Assembly (NCBI GenBank): GCA_002269645.1
Contig: NIVC01000052.1
Span: forward strand, 124,001 to 188,000
Length of the DNA: 64,000 nucleotides
Reading direction: 5' to 3'
From: Macrostomum lignano
Lineage: Eukaryota
Shown: positions 44,691-57,188 of the stretch, piece by piece
Layout: each line of letters opens with the position of its first letter
How positions within the stretch are numbered: the first letter of the stretch is position 1
Notes under the pieces: generated by a model
What the model saw: only the letters and a program-made list of their open reading frames with translations
Told to the model about the DNA's origin: nothing
Databases searched by the model: none
Position numbers and translations under genes: made by a program

Positions 44691-45169
44691 CGCCAAACTC
44701 AAACTCTCCAAGACTATTTTATCCAATGAAATTTTTTTAACAATTCTATAAAAAGAAACAGAATTTAAATTTGCAAAAAATGCGCAAAAGTTTCCTATAA
44801 ACAAAGCCCAGTAGATCAAAGCAGCGGATCAGCGTTTCCATGAAATCTAATATATCAGTTTCGAATTCTGTATTCGACCCACCGGACTTTAAAAACATCT
44901 GTCACTGACTGGCCAGGGGCTATTCCGCATTCAAATTTAGGGGCGCAATAGAGAAACGGCGTCCACGTATCTAGGGGAAGCATTAATCCTATGCCTCAAC
45001 TCCCATCGCCTCTATTCCGCAGAGGGGGCGTTCTCCCAAAGGCTTTTTGTTGCAAAATGTGCTGTTCCATTTTTTATTTCACCACCGAACTCCACCATAA
45101 AACTGGCGGGCAGTGGATCATGCCGCTTGAAACTTTGTTGTTGTCTGTCGGAAATTCTCTAACTATTAC

Positions 45170-46720
45170 GACTGGAGAGATCCCCTCCGATCCGTCAGTG
45201 GGTTGGAGAGATCCCCTCCGATGCGTCAGTGGGTTGGAGAGATCCCCTCCGATCCGTCAGTTGACTGGAGAGATCCCCTCCGATCCGTCAGTGGGTTGGA
45301 GAGATCCCCTCCGATCCGTCAGTGGGTTGGAGAGATCCCCTCCAATCCGTCAGTGGGTTGGAGAGATCCCCTCCGGTCCGTCAGTGGGTTGGAGAGATCC
45401 CCTCCGATCCGTCAGTGGGTTGGAGAGATCCCCTCCGATCCGTCAGTGGGTTGGAGAGATCCCCTCTGATCCGTCAGTGGACTGGAGAGATCCCCTCAGA
45501 TTCTTCAGTTGGACTGGAGAGATCCCCTCCGATCCGTCAGTGGACTGGAGAGATCCCCTCCGATCCGTCAGTGGACTGGAGAGATCCCCTCCGATCCGTC
45601 AGTGGACTGGAGAGATCCCCTCCGATCCGTCAGTGGACTGGAGAGATCCCCTCTGATCCGTCAGTGGACTGGAGAGATCCCCTCCGATCCGTCAGTGGAC
45701 TGGAGAGATCCCCTCCGATCCGTCAGTGGGTTGGAGAGATCCCCTCCGATCCGTCAGTGGACTGGAGAGATCCCCTCCGATCCGTCAGTGGACTGGAGAG
45801 ATCCCCTCCAATCCGTCAGTGGGTTGGAGAGATCCCCTCCGATCCGTCAGTGGACTGGAGAGATCCCCTCCGATCCGTCAGTGGGTTGGAGAGATCCCCT
45901 CCGATCCGTCAGTGGGTTGGAGAGATCCCCTCCGATCCTTCAGTTGACTGGAGAGATCCCCTCCGATCCTTCAGTTGACTGGAGAGATCCCCTCCGATCC
46001 GTCAGTGGGTTGGAGAGATCCCCTCCGATCCTTCAGTTGACTGGAGAGATCCCCTCCGATCCGTCAGTGGGTTGGAGAGATCCCCTCCGATCCGTCAGTG
46101 GGTTGGAGAGATCCCCTCCGATCCTTCAGTTGACTGGAGAGATCCCCTCCGATCCTTCAGTTAACTGGAGAGATCCCCTCCGATCCGTCAGTGGGTTGGA
46201 GAGATCCCCTCCGATCCGTCAGTTGACTGGAGAGATCCCCTCCGATCCGTCAGTGGGTTGGAGAGATCCCCTCCGATCCGTCAGTGGACTGGAGAGATCC
46301 CCTCCGATCCGTCAGTGGACTGGAGAGATCCCCTCCGATCCGTCAGTGGACTGGAGAGATCCCCTCCGATCCGTCAGTGGGTTGGAGAGATCCCCTCCCA
46401 TCCGTCAGTGGACTGGAGAGATCCCCTCCGATCCGTCAGTGGACTGGAGAGATCCCACTGGAGAGATCCCCTCCGATCCGTCAGTGGACTGGAGAGATCC
46501 CCTCCGATCCGTCAGTGGACTGGAGAGATCCCCTCCGATCCGTCAGTGGACTGGAGAGATCCCACTGGAGAGATCCCCTCCGATCCGTCAGTGGACTGGA
46601 GAGATCCCCTCCGATCCTTCAGTTGACTGGAGAGATCCCCTCCGATCCGTCAGTGGGTTGGAGAGATCCCCTCCGATCCGTCAGTGGGTTGGAGAGATCC
46701 CATCCGATCCTTCAGTGGCT
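45170..46720. repeat. 31-bp minisatellite (GGAGAGATCCCCTCCGATCCGTCAGTGGACT)n
   Basis: Read directly; head-to-tail with no spacers. Confidence 0.96.
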
Positions 46721-48101
46721 TCGTCGCACTGGCGCTAACCCCACAATACTTCAGTAGAAAGTAGGTCACGCTGCAACATGCCACTCATAAAGAATATCCT
46801 TGATCTGCATAAACCTGGTAAAATTATTCTAAATTTAGCCAGTATAAACACACTTTAAATTGCTTACCGTGCAGATAAAGTATAAAGTGGATGGCTGATT
46901 TCCTTACTTTACTCTGGCATGCTTGAATTAAGCAGCAAAATGCATTTTAGCCCAGTTCCATGACTACAGAGGCTCACTTAATCTACAGGAATAAATGGAG
47001 GCAGTCTTCACTGTATCTCTGATTTGATTTTGCGGTTCAATGGGCTTTGGGCTTCTTCTTCCAACTGCTTTTGCTGCCACGCTTATGATGCTCGGCATCG
47101 TATTTTGTATCGGATAGAAAGTGCAGTACACGGACTCGGGCCAGTTCTGGACCAATGGGAAAGCGAGAGCCTGTATTATTGGACCAAAAACAAACTTCTT
47201 TCCGAAGCGCACAAGCTCTCTTCTCTCTTTCAAAGCAGAATGTAGGAGTTCCATTCTAGGAAAGGGAAGCTTAAATATTTGAAGAACTGAGTGGAACACG
47301 CGCTCATAATGGCCTAATCCACGAGCCAATCGAACATTACTCTCTTGGGGCCCGTGCTATAAAACTAGGAGTTCAAGGACCGATTGACACTCCTAAATCA
47401 ATCAAAAGTTGATTTTTTTTAATTTCTGATCTGGGTGACCAGTTTTTTATTTAATCTGAATACCGCTTCCTCATCCTCTTCAATGTTGATGAGTATATAT
47501 ACTTTTTTAAAAGTATATTTAAGTTTAGACTTATTTAAACAATATGGGCCTAAGTAACAGTACTTGTTTGTCATTGGTATAGCTTTATAATATTAGTGAT
47601 ACAATTTGTTAAAAAGTAGCTATTGTTATTTCATAGGCGTCTTAGGACAGACTTGAGGTCCTTATTTATATTCTTGCTCCACCCTAGCTTTATAGCACGG
47701 CCCCTGAGCTGTGCAGTGGGAATTGACGTGTGAATATCAATTAGATTCAAAAACCAACTAAAGACAGGGTAATAAAAGTAACCCCCCCCGAGGTTGGGGT
47801 GGGGTTGGGCCCCGCACCCACCACCCCATGGCACCCCCTCTCAGTTGGGGCAGAACAAGCGTGCACAAGTTAAACCATCCAATAAGACTAAATTCAGGGT
47901 TAGGAAGTTTATGACTCATCTAAGTAAACCAGTTGTCTAGAACGCATTTGATTGGCTGGCAGATATATGCGCTCACAAACATGAAATTGACCAAGCTTAC
48001 GATTAAAACCAATCGTCGTTTTGCTTCACCCATTCCGTCCGACACATATAAGTAAGCCCGCAATTTAAACAGCTTTAAAATATAAAGTAAACTAATCAGC
48101 C

Positions 48102-49247
48102 ATGTCCCGATTCAGTCTGTACTGTTTGTGCATTTTCTTTGTCGCAGCGGCTCTGTTTGCTGCTGCCTACGGCGGTAGCGACCAACAAGGAAAGGAGCGC
48201 AACAAAGATGTCCAGCGTTTCAATTACAACTACGGCGGCAGGCGTGGCGTCGCAGGCCGAGAGTATGGTCGCTACTATAAGTACGACAAGCATGCCCACA
48301 AAGACGAGCGTGGCTATTACGCCAAAAAGGCTGTAGAACACGACAAGCAGAACAAGAACAAGTACAATCGGTACCGTCCGTACAGAAAGTACAGACAAGA
48401 CAAGTACAGAAAGTACAGACAAGACAAGTATAGAAAGTACAGACAAGACAAGTATAGAAAGTACAGGCAAGACAAGTATAGAAAGTACAGGCAAGACAAG
48501 TACAGAAAGTACAGACAAGACAAGTACAGAAAGTACAGACAAGACAAGTATAGAAAGTACAGGCAAGACAAGTACAGAAAGTACAGACAAGACAAGTACA
48601 GAAAGTACAGACAAGACAAGTACAGAAAGTACAGGCAAGACAAGTACAGAAAGTACAGACAAGACAAGTACAGAAAGTACAGACAAGACAAGTACAGAAA
48701 GTACAGACAAGACAAGTACAGAAAGTACAGGCAAGACAAGTACAGAAAGTACAGGCAGAACAAGTATCAAAAGTATGGAAAATTTAGAAAACATCACACT
48801 AATAAGAGGCGAGCTAACAAGAAGATCGGCAAACTTGATGATAAGACTAAGAAAACTAAGAAGCCTGACCAGAAGCCGGACAAGCCCGACCAGAAGCCGG
48901 ACAAACCCGACCAGAAGCCGGACAAGCCCGACCAGAAGCCGGACAAGCCCGACCAGAAGCCGGACAAGCCCGACCAGAAGCCGGACAAACCCGACCAGAA
49001 GCCGGACAAGCCCGACCAGAAGCCGGACAAGCCCGACCAGAAGCCGGACAAACCCGACCAGAAGCCGGACAAGCCCGACCAGAAGCCGGACAAGCCCGAC
49101 CAGAAGCCAGACAAGCCCGACCAGAAGCCAGACAAACCCGACCAGAAGCCGGACAAGCCCGACCAGAAGCCGGACAAGCCCGATCAGAAGCCGGACAAGC
49201 CTGACCAGACGTCGGAAACGCCTCACCAGAAGTCAATCGAAGTCTAA
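48102..49247 (+). CDS. Secreted, highly basic Tyr/Lys/Arg-rich tandem-repeat protein, 381 aa, single exon
   Basis: GCCATG start and a hydrophobic signal peptide (MSRFSLYCLCIFFVAAALFAAAYG). 15 x RQDKYRKY (24 bp, from 48393) and 16 x KPDQKPD (21 bp, from 48861). Differences between units within both arrays are synonymous (TAC/TAT, AGA/AGG, AAG/AAA, CCG/CCA, GAC/GAT, CCC/CCT). TATAAG at 48047 and AATAAA at 49285-49290. Confidence 0.85.
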   Translation: MSRFSLYCLCIFFVAAALFAAAYGGSDQQGKERNKDVQRFNYNYGGRRGVAGREYGRYYKYDKHAHKDERGYYAKKAVEHDKQNKNKYNRYRPYRKYRQDKYRKYRQDKYRKYRQDKYRKYRQDKYRKYRQDKYRKYRQDKYRKYRQDKYRKYRQDKYRKYRQDKYRKYRQDKYRKYRQDKYRKYRQDKYRKYRQDKYRKYRQDKYRKYRQDKYRKYRQNKYQKYGKFRKHHTNKRRANKKIGKLDDKTKKTKKPDQKPDKPDQKPDKPDQKPDKPDQKPDKPDQKPDKPDQKPDKPDQKPDKPDQKPDKPDQKPDKPDQKPDKPDQKPDKPDQKPDKPDQKPDKPDQKPDKPDQKPDKPDQKPDKPDQTSETPHQKSIEV

Positions 49248-50177
49248 TGAGAAGCTGAATGAGTCTGCTCACTTGATAAAAATGAATAAACACTGATTTC
49301 TTGCGAGAGCGTACTTTGGCTTCATTTGAGCATTTTCATTGAATTTTCCTTCCCTTTTTGCTCGACTGTCGCGAAGTTTTATTCGGTTTTATAAATTGCC
49401 ATATGACATATTACTCGTAGTAACAAATAAATGTGACGATATCGCAATTATATATAGTCCAGTAAACACAGATTTAAATAAGATTTTGGCTTCTTCATTG
49501 TGCGAAAAAATGATATTTATTCAGAAACGTTAATATATGTCAAATATAAAACAGTTGCCTAATTTCCATGTTTCTACTGCTAGTAGCGCAGTTAGTGAAA
49601 AAAGTAGTTTATTTTCTGAAGCCTCTTGGCTCGACAAAACTCTTGGCATGCGTTATGCCCATTGCCATCAAATTGAGGAGCATTTTTAAACTGCAGAACT
49701 TGCCGATTGCACAATGCCCGATATTCTCTCCCTTTCGGATTCTACCCAAGGGATCAAATCTTGAATTGGAAACGAAAAGATTGCCCAAAATTGGTGCAAT
49801 CCGCGGTTAAAATTTTGTCATCATAGTTTCTATAATGCAGGCATCCTGGAATTATGCCTGCGCGACTCGGTTGTCAAGCCGGGGACTCGATCGATTCGAA
49901 GCGGAAAGGCGACGAGCAGGGGGTTGACAGCCCGAGAATAAACAAAAACTGCACTGCATTCCCGGCCGGCCCCTGCAAAGCAATGGGCCTTCCGAACTCT
50001 CGCAGTGATTGAGCGCTGCAGGAATTCCCGTGAGGCTCGCATGGCCTCTGTGGTTGCGTAATCCCCCCCCCTGCAGTTCTGAGTCCTTCTCAGTCATCCA
50101 GCACTGGCTCAGAGCAAATTTGTATGCATTCGATGCAACTCAGTGAGTAATATTTATTCCTGAAGAAACCTTCATAT

Positions 50178-51432
50178 CCCAGTTAGAATCCCAGTTAGAA
50201 TCCCTGTTAGAATCCCAGTTAGAATCCCTGTTAGAATCCCAGTTAGAATCCCAGTTAGAATACCAGTTAGACTCCCAGTTAGAATCCCAGTTAGAATCCC
50301 TGTTAGAATCCCAGTTAGAATCCCAGTTAGAATCCCAGTTAGAATACCAGTTAGACTCCCAGTTAGAATCCCAGTTAGAAGCCCAGTTAGAAGCCCAGTT
50401 AGAATACCAGTTAGAATCCAGGTAGAATCACAGGAAGAATCTCAGGTAGAATCCAGTTAGAAGCCCAGTTAGAATCACAGTTAGAATCCCAGTTAGAATC
50501 CCAGTTAGAATCCCAGTTAGAAGCCCAGTTAGAATCCCAGTTAGAATCCCAGTTAGAATCCCAGTTAGAATCACAGTTAGAATCCCAGTTAGAATCCCAG
50601 TTAGAATCCCAGTTAGAATCCCAGTTAGAATCCCAGTTAGAATCCCAGTTAGAATCCCAGTTAGAATCCCAGTTAGAATCCCAGTTAGAATCCCAGTTAG
50701 AATCCCAGTTAAAATCCCAGTTAGAATCCCAGTTAGAATCCCAGTTAGAATCCAGTTAGAATCCCAGTTAAAATCCCAGTTAGAATCCCAGTTAGAATCC
50801 CAGTTAGAAGCCCAGTTAGAATCCCAGTTAGAATCCCAGTTAGAATCCCAGTTAGAATCCCAGTTAGAATCCCAGTTAGAATCCCAGTTAGAATCCCAGT
50901 TAGAATCCCAGTTAGAATCCCAGTTAGAATCCCAGTTAGAATCCAGTTAGAATCCCAGTTAGAATCCAGTTAGAATCCCAGTTAGAATCCCAGTTAGAAT
51001 CCCAGTTAGAATCCCAGTTAGAATCCCAGTTAGAAGCCCAGTTAGAATCCCAGTTAGAATCGCAGTTAGAAGCCCAGTTAGAATCCCAGTTAGAATCCCA
51101 GTTAGAATCACAGTTAGAATCCCAGTTAGAATCCCAGTTAGAATCCCAGTTAGAATCCCAGTTAGAAGCCCAGTTAGAAAGCCAGTTAGAATCCCAGTTA
51201 GAATCCCAGTTAGAATCCCAGTTAGAATCCCAGTTAGAAGCCCAGTTAGAATCACAGTTAGAATCCCAGTTAGAATCCCAGTTAGAAGCCCAGTTAGAAT
51301 CCCAGTTAGAAGCCCAGTTAGAATCCCAGTTAGAAGCCCAGTTAGAAAGCCAGTTAGAATCTCAGTTAGAAGCCCAGTTAGAATCCCAGTTAGAATCCCA
51401 GTTAGAAGCCCAGTTAGAATCTCAGGTAGAAT
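50178..51432. repeat. 12-bp repeat (GTTAGAATCCCA)n
   Basis: Read directly. Confidence 0.96.
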
Positions 51433-51896
51433 CTCGTAAACACTATAAAGTACGCAGAAAGTTGCTGCGTAAAAATGAGAAAGGATGTTACGAAGCTTTC
51501 ATTCCTCTTCTGAGCATTCACGCAATCTGACTCAAATTTCTTGTCTCAAAAGCCGTTGCTCTGGGATTAAGATTCCTTTGCTATTTTCACCAGCTTCCGA
51601 ACGGCATCATCAGCCTAAAATCTGGGAAAATGCAGAATGTGCAGGTAGAAATCGTGCTTACGGCTCACACAGAAGGACTTTCTGGCGCTCTTGCGTTGCG
51701 GTTCCCAGCTGCTTTGAAAAAAATTTACCTGCCGATAAGCATCTGCTGATCCAACCATGCGATACAGTATCAGAGATCGAATTTCTGAAATATTCAGTCA
51801 GTCAGTTTTGTTTAAAATCCATTGAGCAATGTGGACTTGTGGGCGTTTTCATTTCTGATGCTAATAGAAAAAAGGAATTACCCTTAAGAGGCGACC

Positions 51897-53585
51897 CCAG
51901 CACAGCCCCCGCACAGCCCCCACAGCCCAGCACAGCCCCAGCACAGTCCCCACAGCCCCAGCACAGCCCCAGCACAGCCCCCACAGCCCAGCACAGCCCC
52001 AGCACAGCCCCCACAGCCCCAGCACAGCCCCCGCACAGCCCCCACAGCCCAGCACAGTCCCAGCACAGTCCCCACAGCCCCAGCACAGCCCCAGCACAGC
52101 CCCCACAGCCCAGCACAGCCCCAGCACAGCCCCCACAGCCCCAGCCCAGCCCCCACAGCCCCAGCACAGCCCCAGCCCAGCCCCCACAGCCCCAGCACAG
52201 CCCCAGCACAGCCCCCACAGCCCAGCACAGCCCCAGCACAGCCCCACAGCCCCAGCACAGCTCCAGCACAGCCCCCACAGCCCAGCACAGCCCCAGCACA
52301 GCCCCCACAGCCCCAGCCCAGCCCCCACAGCCCCAGCACAGCCCCAGCACAGCCCCCACAGCCCAGCACAGCCCCAGCACAGCCCTAGCACAGCCCCAGC
52401 ACAGCCCCCGCACAGCCCCGCACAGCCCCCACAGCCCCCGCACAGCCCCAGCACAGCCCTAGCACAGCCCCAGCACAGCCCCCGCACAGCCCCGCACAGC
52501 CCCCGCACAGCCCCAGCACAGCCCTAGCACAGCCCTAGCACAGCCCCAGCACAGCCCCAGCACAGCCCTAGCACAGCCCCAGCACAGCCCCAGCACAGCC
52601 CCAGCACAGTCCCCACAGCCCCAGCACAGCCCCAGCACAGCCCCAGCACAGCCCCAGCACAGCCCCAGCACAGTCCCAGCACAGCCCCCGCACAGCTCCA
52701 GCACAGCCCCAGCCCAGCCCCCAGCACAGTCCCCACAGCCCCAGCACAGCCCCAGCACAGCCCCCACAGCCCAGCACAGCCCCAGCACAGCCCCCACAGC
52801 CCCAGCCCAGCCCCCACAGCCCCAGCACAGCCCCCGCACAGCCCCCACAGCCCAGCACAGCCCCAGCACAGCCCCCACAGCCCCAGCACAGCCCCCACAG
52901 CCCAGCACAGCCCCAGCACAGCCCTAGCACAGCCCCAGCACAGCCCCCGCACAGCCCCCGCACAGCCCCCACAGCCCCCGCACAGCCCCAGCACAGCCCT
53001 AGCACAGCCCCAGCACAGCCCCCGCACAGCCCCCACAGCCCCGCACAGCCCCAGCACAGCCCTAGCACAGCCCTAGCACAGCCCCAGCACAGCCCCAGCA
53101 CAGCCCCAGCACAGCCCCAGCACAGCCCCAGCACAGCCCCAGCACAGCCCCAGCACAGCCCAGCACAGCCCCAGCACAGTCCCCACAGCCCCAGCACAGC
53201 CCCAGCACAGCCCCAGCACAGCCCCAGCACAGTCCCAGCACAGCCCCAGCACAGCCCCAGCACAGTCCCAGCACAGCCCCAGCACAGCCCCAGCACAGCC
53301 CCAGAACAGCCCCAGCACAGCCCCAGCACAGCCCCAGCACAGCCCCAGCACAGCCCCAGCACAGCCCCGCACAGCCCCCACAGCCCCAGCACAGCCCCAG
53401 CACAGCCCCAGCACAGCCCCAGCACAGTCCCAGCACAGCCCCAGCACAGCCCCAGCACAGCCCCAGCACAGCCCCAGCACAGTCCCCACAGCCCCAGCAC
53501 AGCCCCCGCACAGCCCCCGCACAGCCCCCGCACAGCCCCCGCACAGCCCCCACAGCCCCCGCACAGCCCCAGCACAGCCTCAGCA
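51897..53585. repeat. About 11-bp C-rich repeat (CACAGCCCCAG)n
   Basis: Read directly. Confidence 0.96.
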
Positions 53586-54204
53586 GAGCCCCCAGACTCC
53601 TTTCATTAGCTGCATTCGTTCCAAGAAATGCAATCATTTTCGCCACAAAATTTCCAACCATTTCGCCTAAATGAATGCAATATTCACAGTTTCCTGTACT
53701 TTTGCAGCTACATGTACGAATGCCAACGTGTGGCCCAAACGAGTTTAACCTTACAGCAGCAGCCACGATACCACGAATCGAGTTGGTTGCTGGGGCTTGC
53801 GTGAGAGATAGAAATCTCAGTTGGCTTGTGTTCTATACTTGCGCGTCCTCCTATCTTTCAATCCAGAAGGGGAGATGTCTCCATGCGTGCGAGAGAGAAT
53901 CGTCGAAGGGGTGTTCCTGAGCACGGAAGATTTCTTGGAATAGTATTCCCCCCAGAATCCATCCTCAGCTGCGACTCTATCCGCTTCCCAATCCCCGATC
54001 CCCAATAGATCCCCATAACCCCATTCTAGAATTCGATTCATCAAAATTCGGCCCGAAAGAAGCCTCGACCTCGATGGCCCATTCGCAGTTCTATTTCTGT
54101 TTTTAATCATTCAAACTGCATAGTCTGCATTTGTGGCTTCTGGAGATTCTTCTTTATTCTGATGCAGCAGCAGAAATACAAGGGGGTGGCTGAAAACAAA
54201 TGTC

Positions 54205-54770
54205 ACTACTCTGCTCCCTTCTACCCAGACTACTCTGCTCCCTTCTACCCAGACTACTCTGCTCCCTTCTACCCAGACTACTCTGCTCCCTTCTACCCAG
54301 ACTACTCTGCTCCCTTCTACCCAGACTACTCTGCTCCCTTCTACCCAGACTACTCTGCTCCCTTCTACCCAGACTACTCTACTCCTTCTACTCAGACTAC
54401 TCTACTACCTTCTTCCCAGACTACTCTACTCCCTTCTATCCAGACTACTCTACTCCCTTCTACCCAGACTACTCTACTCCCTTCTTTCCAGACTACTCTA
54501 CTCCCTTCTACCCAGACTACTCTACTCCCTTCTTTCCAGACTACTCTACTCCCTTCTTTCCAGACTACTCTACTCCCTTCTTTCCAGACTACTCTACTCC
54601 CTTCTACCCAGACTACTCTGCTCCCTTCTATCCAGACTACTCGACTGTCTTCTACCCCAACTACTCTACTCTCGATCTCCTACCCCTACTCTACTCCCTT
54701 CTTCCCAGTCTACTCTACCCGCTTCTACCGAGGCTACTCTACTCCCTTCTACCCGACTACTCTACATTTA
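54205..54770. repeat. 24-bp repeat (ACTACTCTGCTCCCTTCTACCCAG)n that degrades rightwards
   Basis: Read directly. Confidence 0.92.
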
Positions 54771-55314
54771 CCTCATTCTACCTAAATTCCTCCTCTCAAG
54801 TTTTTTTCAATCATCCACCATATTGCTCTATCTTACAGAAATTTGAAGTTTATTTATTGAAATACACATCCTGATATCCTGTAAATCAATTAAACAATAT
54901 AAATTATTCTACAGTTTCTCCCGCTACACTCCCAGCTTCCCGCCAGATCTTTGCGCTTCATCAATTGCCGAAATCGACAGCCAAGCTGACAGTTGATTGA
55001 AATCCCCTCTCGCACAGCGCCTCATTCTTCCCCTGCGGATCGTTACCCCCCCCCCTCCCCCAAGCCCCCGGCAAAGACAGGATGACAAATTCCATTCGCA
55101 ATGTCCACTGGAAGTCTGGAAGCCTACTATAAAGTCGGCATGGGGTAATTCCTGTATGGCTTTGCTTTCAGCTACAATGTGAGCAATTCATATTTAGCGG
55201 CCTAAGACTTTGCACGTTATTTTTAGTGCTGTGCTTAAGTTCAACTTTAGCTACCTTCTATCTTCTTCTTCTATCTTCTACCCTATCTTATGTTCTGCCC
55301 TGCCCCTCCTACTT

Positions 55315-56460
55315 TCCCCTCTCTTCTACCTCCCTCTCTTCTACCCTCCCTCTCTTCTACCCTCCCTCTCTTCTACCCTCCCTCTCTTCTACCCTCCCTC
55401 TCTTCTACCCTCCCTCTCTTCTAGCCTCCCTCTCTTCTACCCTCCCTCTCTTCTACCCTCCCTCTCTTCTACCCTCCCTCTCTTCTACCCTCCTTCTCTT
55501 CTACCCTCCCTCTCTTCTACCCTCCCTCTCTTCTACCCTCCCTCTCTTCTACCCTCCCTCTCTTCTACCCTCCCTCTCTTCTACCCTCCCTCTCTTCTAC
55601 CCTCCCTCTCTTCTACCCTCCCTCTCTTCTACCCTCCCTCTCTTCTACCCTCCCTCTCTTCTACCCTCCCTCTCTTTTACCCTCCCTCTCTTCTACCCTC
55701 CCTCTCTTCTACCCTCCTTCTCTTCTACCCTCCCTCTCTTCTACCCTCCCTCTCTTCTACCCTCCCTCTCTTCTACCCTCCCTCTCTTCTACCCTCCCTC
55801 TCTTCTACCCTCCCTCTCTTCTACCCTCCCTCTCTTCTACCCTCCCTCTCTTCTACCCTCCTCTCTTCTACCCTCCCTCTCTTCTACCCTCCCTCTCTTC
55901 TACCCTCCCTCTCTTCTACCCTCCCTCTCTTCTACCCTCCCTCTCTTCTACCCTCCCTCTCTTCTACCCTCCCTCTCTTCTACCCTCCCTCTCTTCTACC
56001 CTCCCTCTCTTCTACCCTCCCTCCTTTCTTCTACCTCCCTCTCTTCTACCCTCCCTCTCTTCTGCCCTCCCTTCTCTTCTACACTCCCTCCCTCTCTTCT
56101 ACCCTCCTCCCTCTCTTCTACCCTCCTCCTTCTCTTCTACCTCCCTCTCTTCTACCCTCCCTCTCTTCTACCCTCCTCCTTCTCTTCTACCTCCCTCTCT
56201 TCTACCCTCCCTCTCTTCTACCCTCCCTCCTCTCTTCTACCTCCCTCTCTTCTACCCTCCCTCTCTTCTGCCCTCCCTCCTCTCTTCTACCCTCCTCCCT
56301 CTCTTCTACCCTCCCTCTCTTCTGCCCTCCCTCCTCTCTTCTACCCTCCTCCCTCTCTTCTACCCTCCCTCTCTTCTGCCCTCCCTCCTCTCTTCTACCC
56401 TCCTCCCTCTCTTCTACCCTCCCTCCTCTCTTCTACCCTCCCTCCTCTCTTCTACCCTTC
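55315..56460. repeat. 16-bp polypyrimidine repeat (TCTCTTCTACCCTCCC)n
   Basis: Read directly. Confidence 0.96.
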
Positions 56461-57188
56461 CTCCTCTCTATCAAAAAATATTTGCAGACAAAGACTTGAA
56501 ACTACAGTTAGTTTAACAGCATACTTGCTACACGCATAATGCATCTCTCATACATGAATTATCAAAGCATTATTATCATGTACTTTAAGGAAACAGCTTC
56601 TTGAAAAGGTCAGGGCTTTGCAAGAACTTTTGATTAATAATTGCGAATTAATTAATTTAAGCAAACGACCACTGAATTGCATTGACAGACAGACAAAATA
56701 TGCATTGACACACCGAAGACAGAAGCGGAATCAGGTTAGAGCGGCATCTGACTTAGAGCAATGGAATAAAAATTAGATCAATGATGACAAGCAAGTTCGT
56801 GCTTCAACAACACTAAATAATACACAGTTTAAAGCTATCAGAAGTTCGAATAATGCACAATATAAGTTAAGAGTATGCGAATCAAAGGCAGCGTTTTAAT
56901 TTTCATCTTTATAAACTGAGTTACTGATTTAATTATTGTTATTATATAAAATCGAGCAGATAGTATTCGGATTTCTCAGGTAATCTCAGCCAGGTAATTC
57001 TAACTCTTAGATAAGCTACTAAAGTCGCAGATAGGCGAGACATTCTATGGTCAAAGCCCAGGTTCGACTTCAATTAGGCGTTATGGACTGGCTAAGATTA
57101 CTGGTGGCTCATAGGCTGAGATAGGCCTGAGAAATTGCAGCAATGTACAGTGAAAGACAGGGGAGGGCTGGGCTGAAGGGGGGGTGGT

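Noticed and set aside
45170-46720. CRISPR-like array (31-bp partly palindromic repeat)
   Set aside because: Units are contiguous with no unique spacers, there are no cas genes, and the context is eukaryotic.
46964-47329. 121-aa minus-strand ORF and overlapping 73-aa plus-strand ORF
   Set aside because: No recognisable domain or splice chain, and consistent with chance ORFs.
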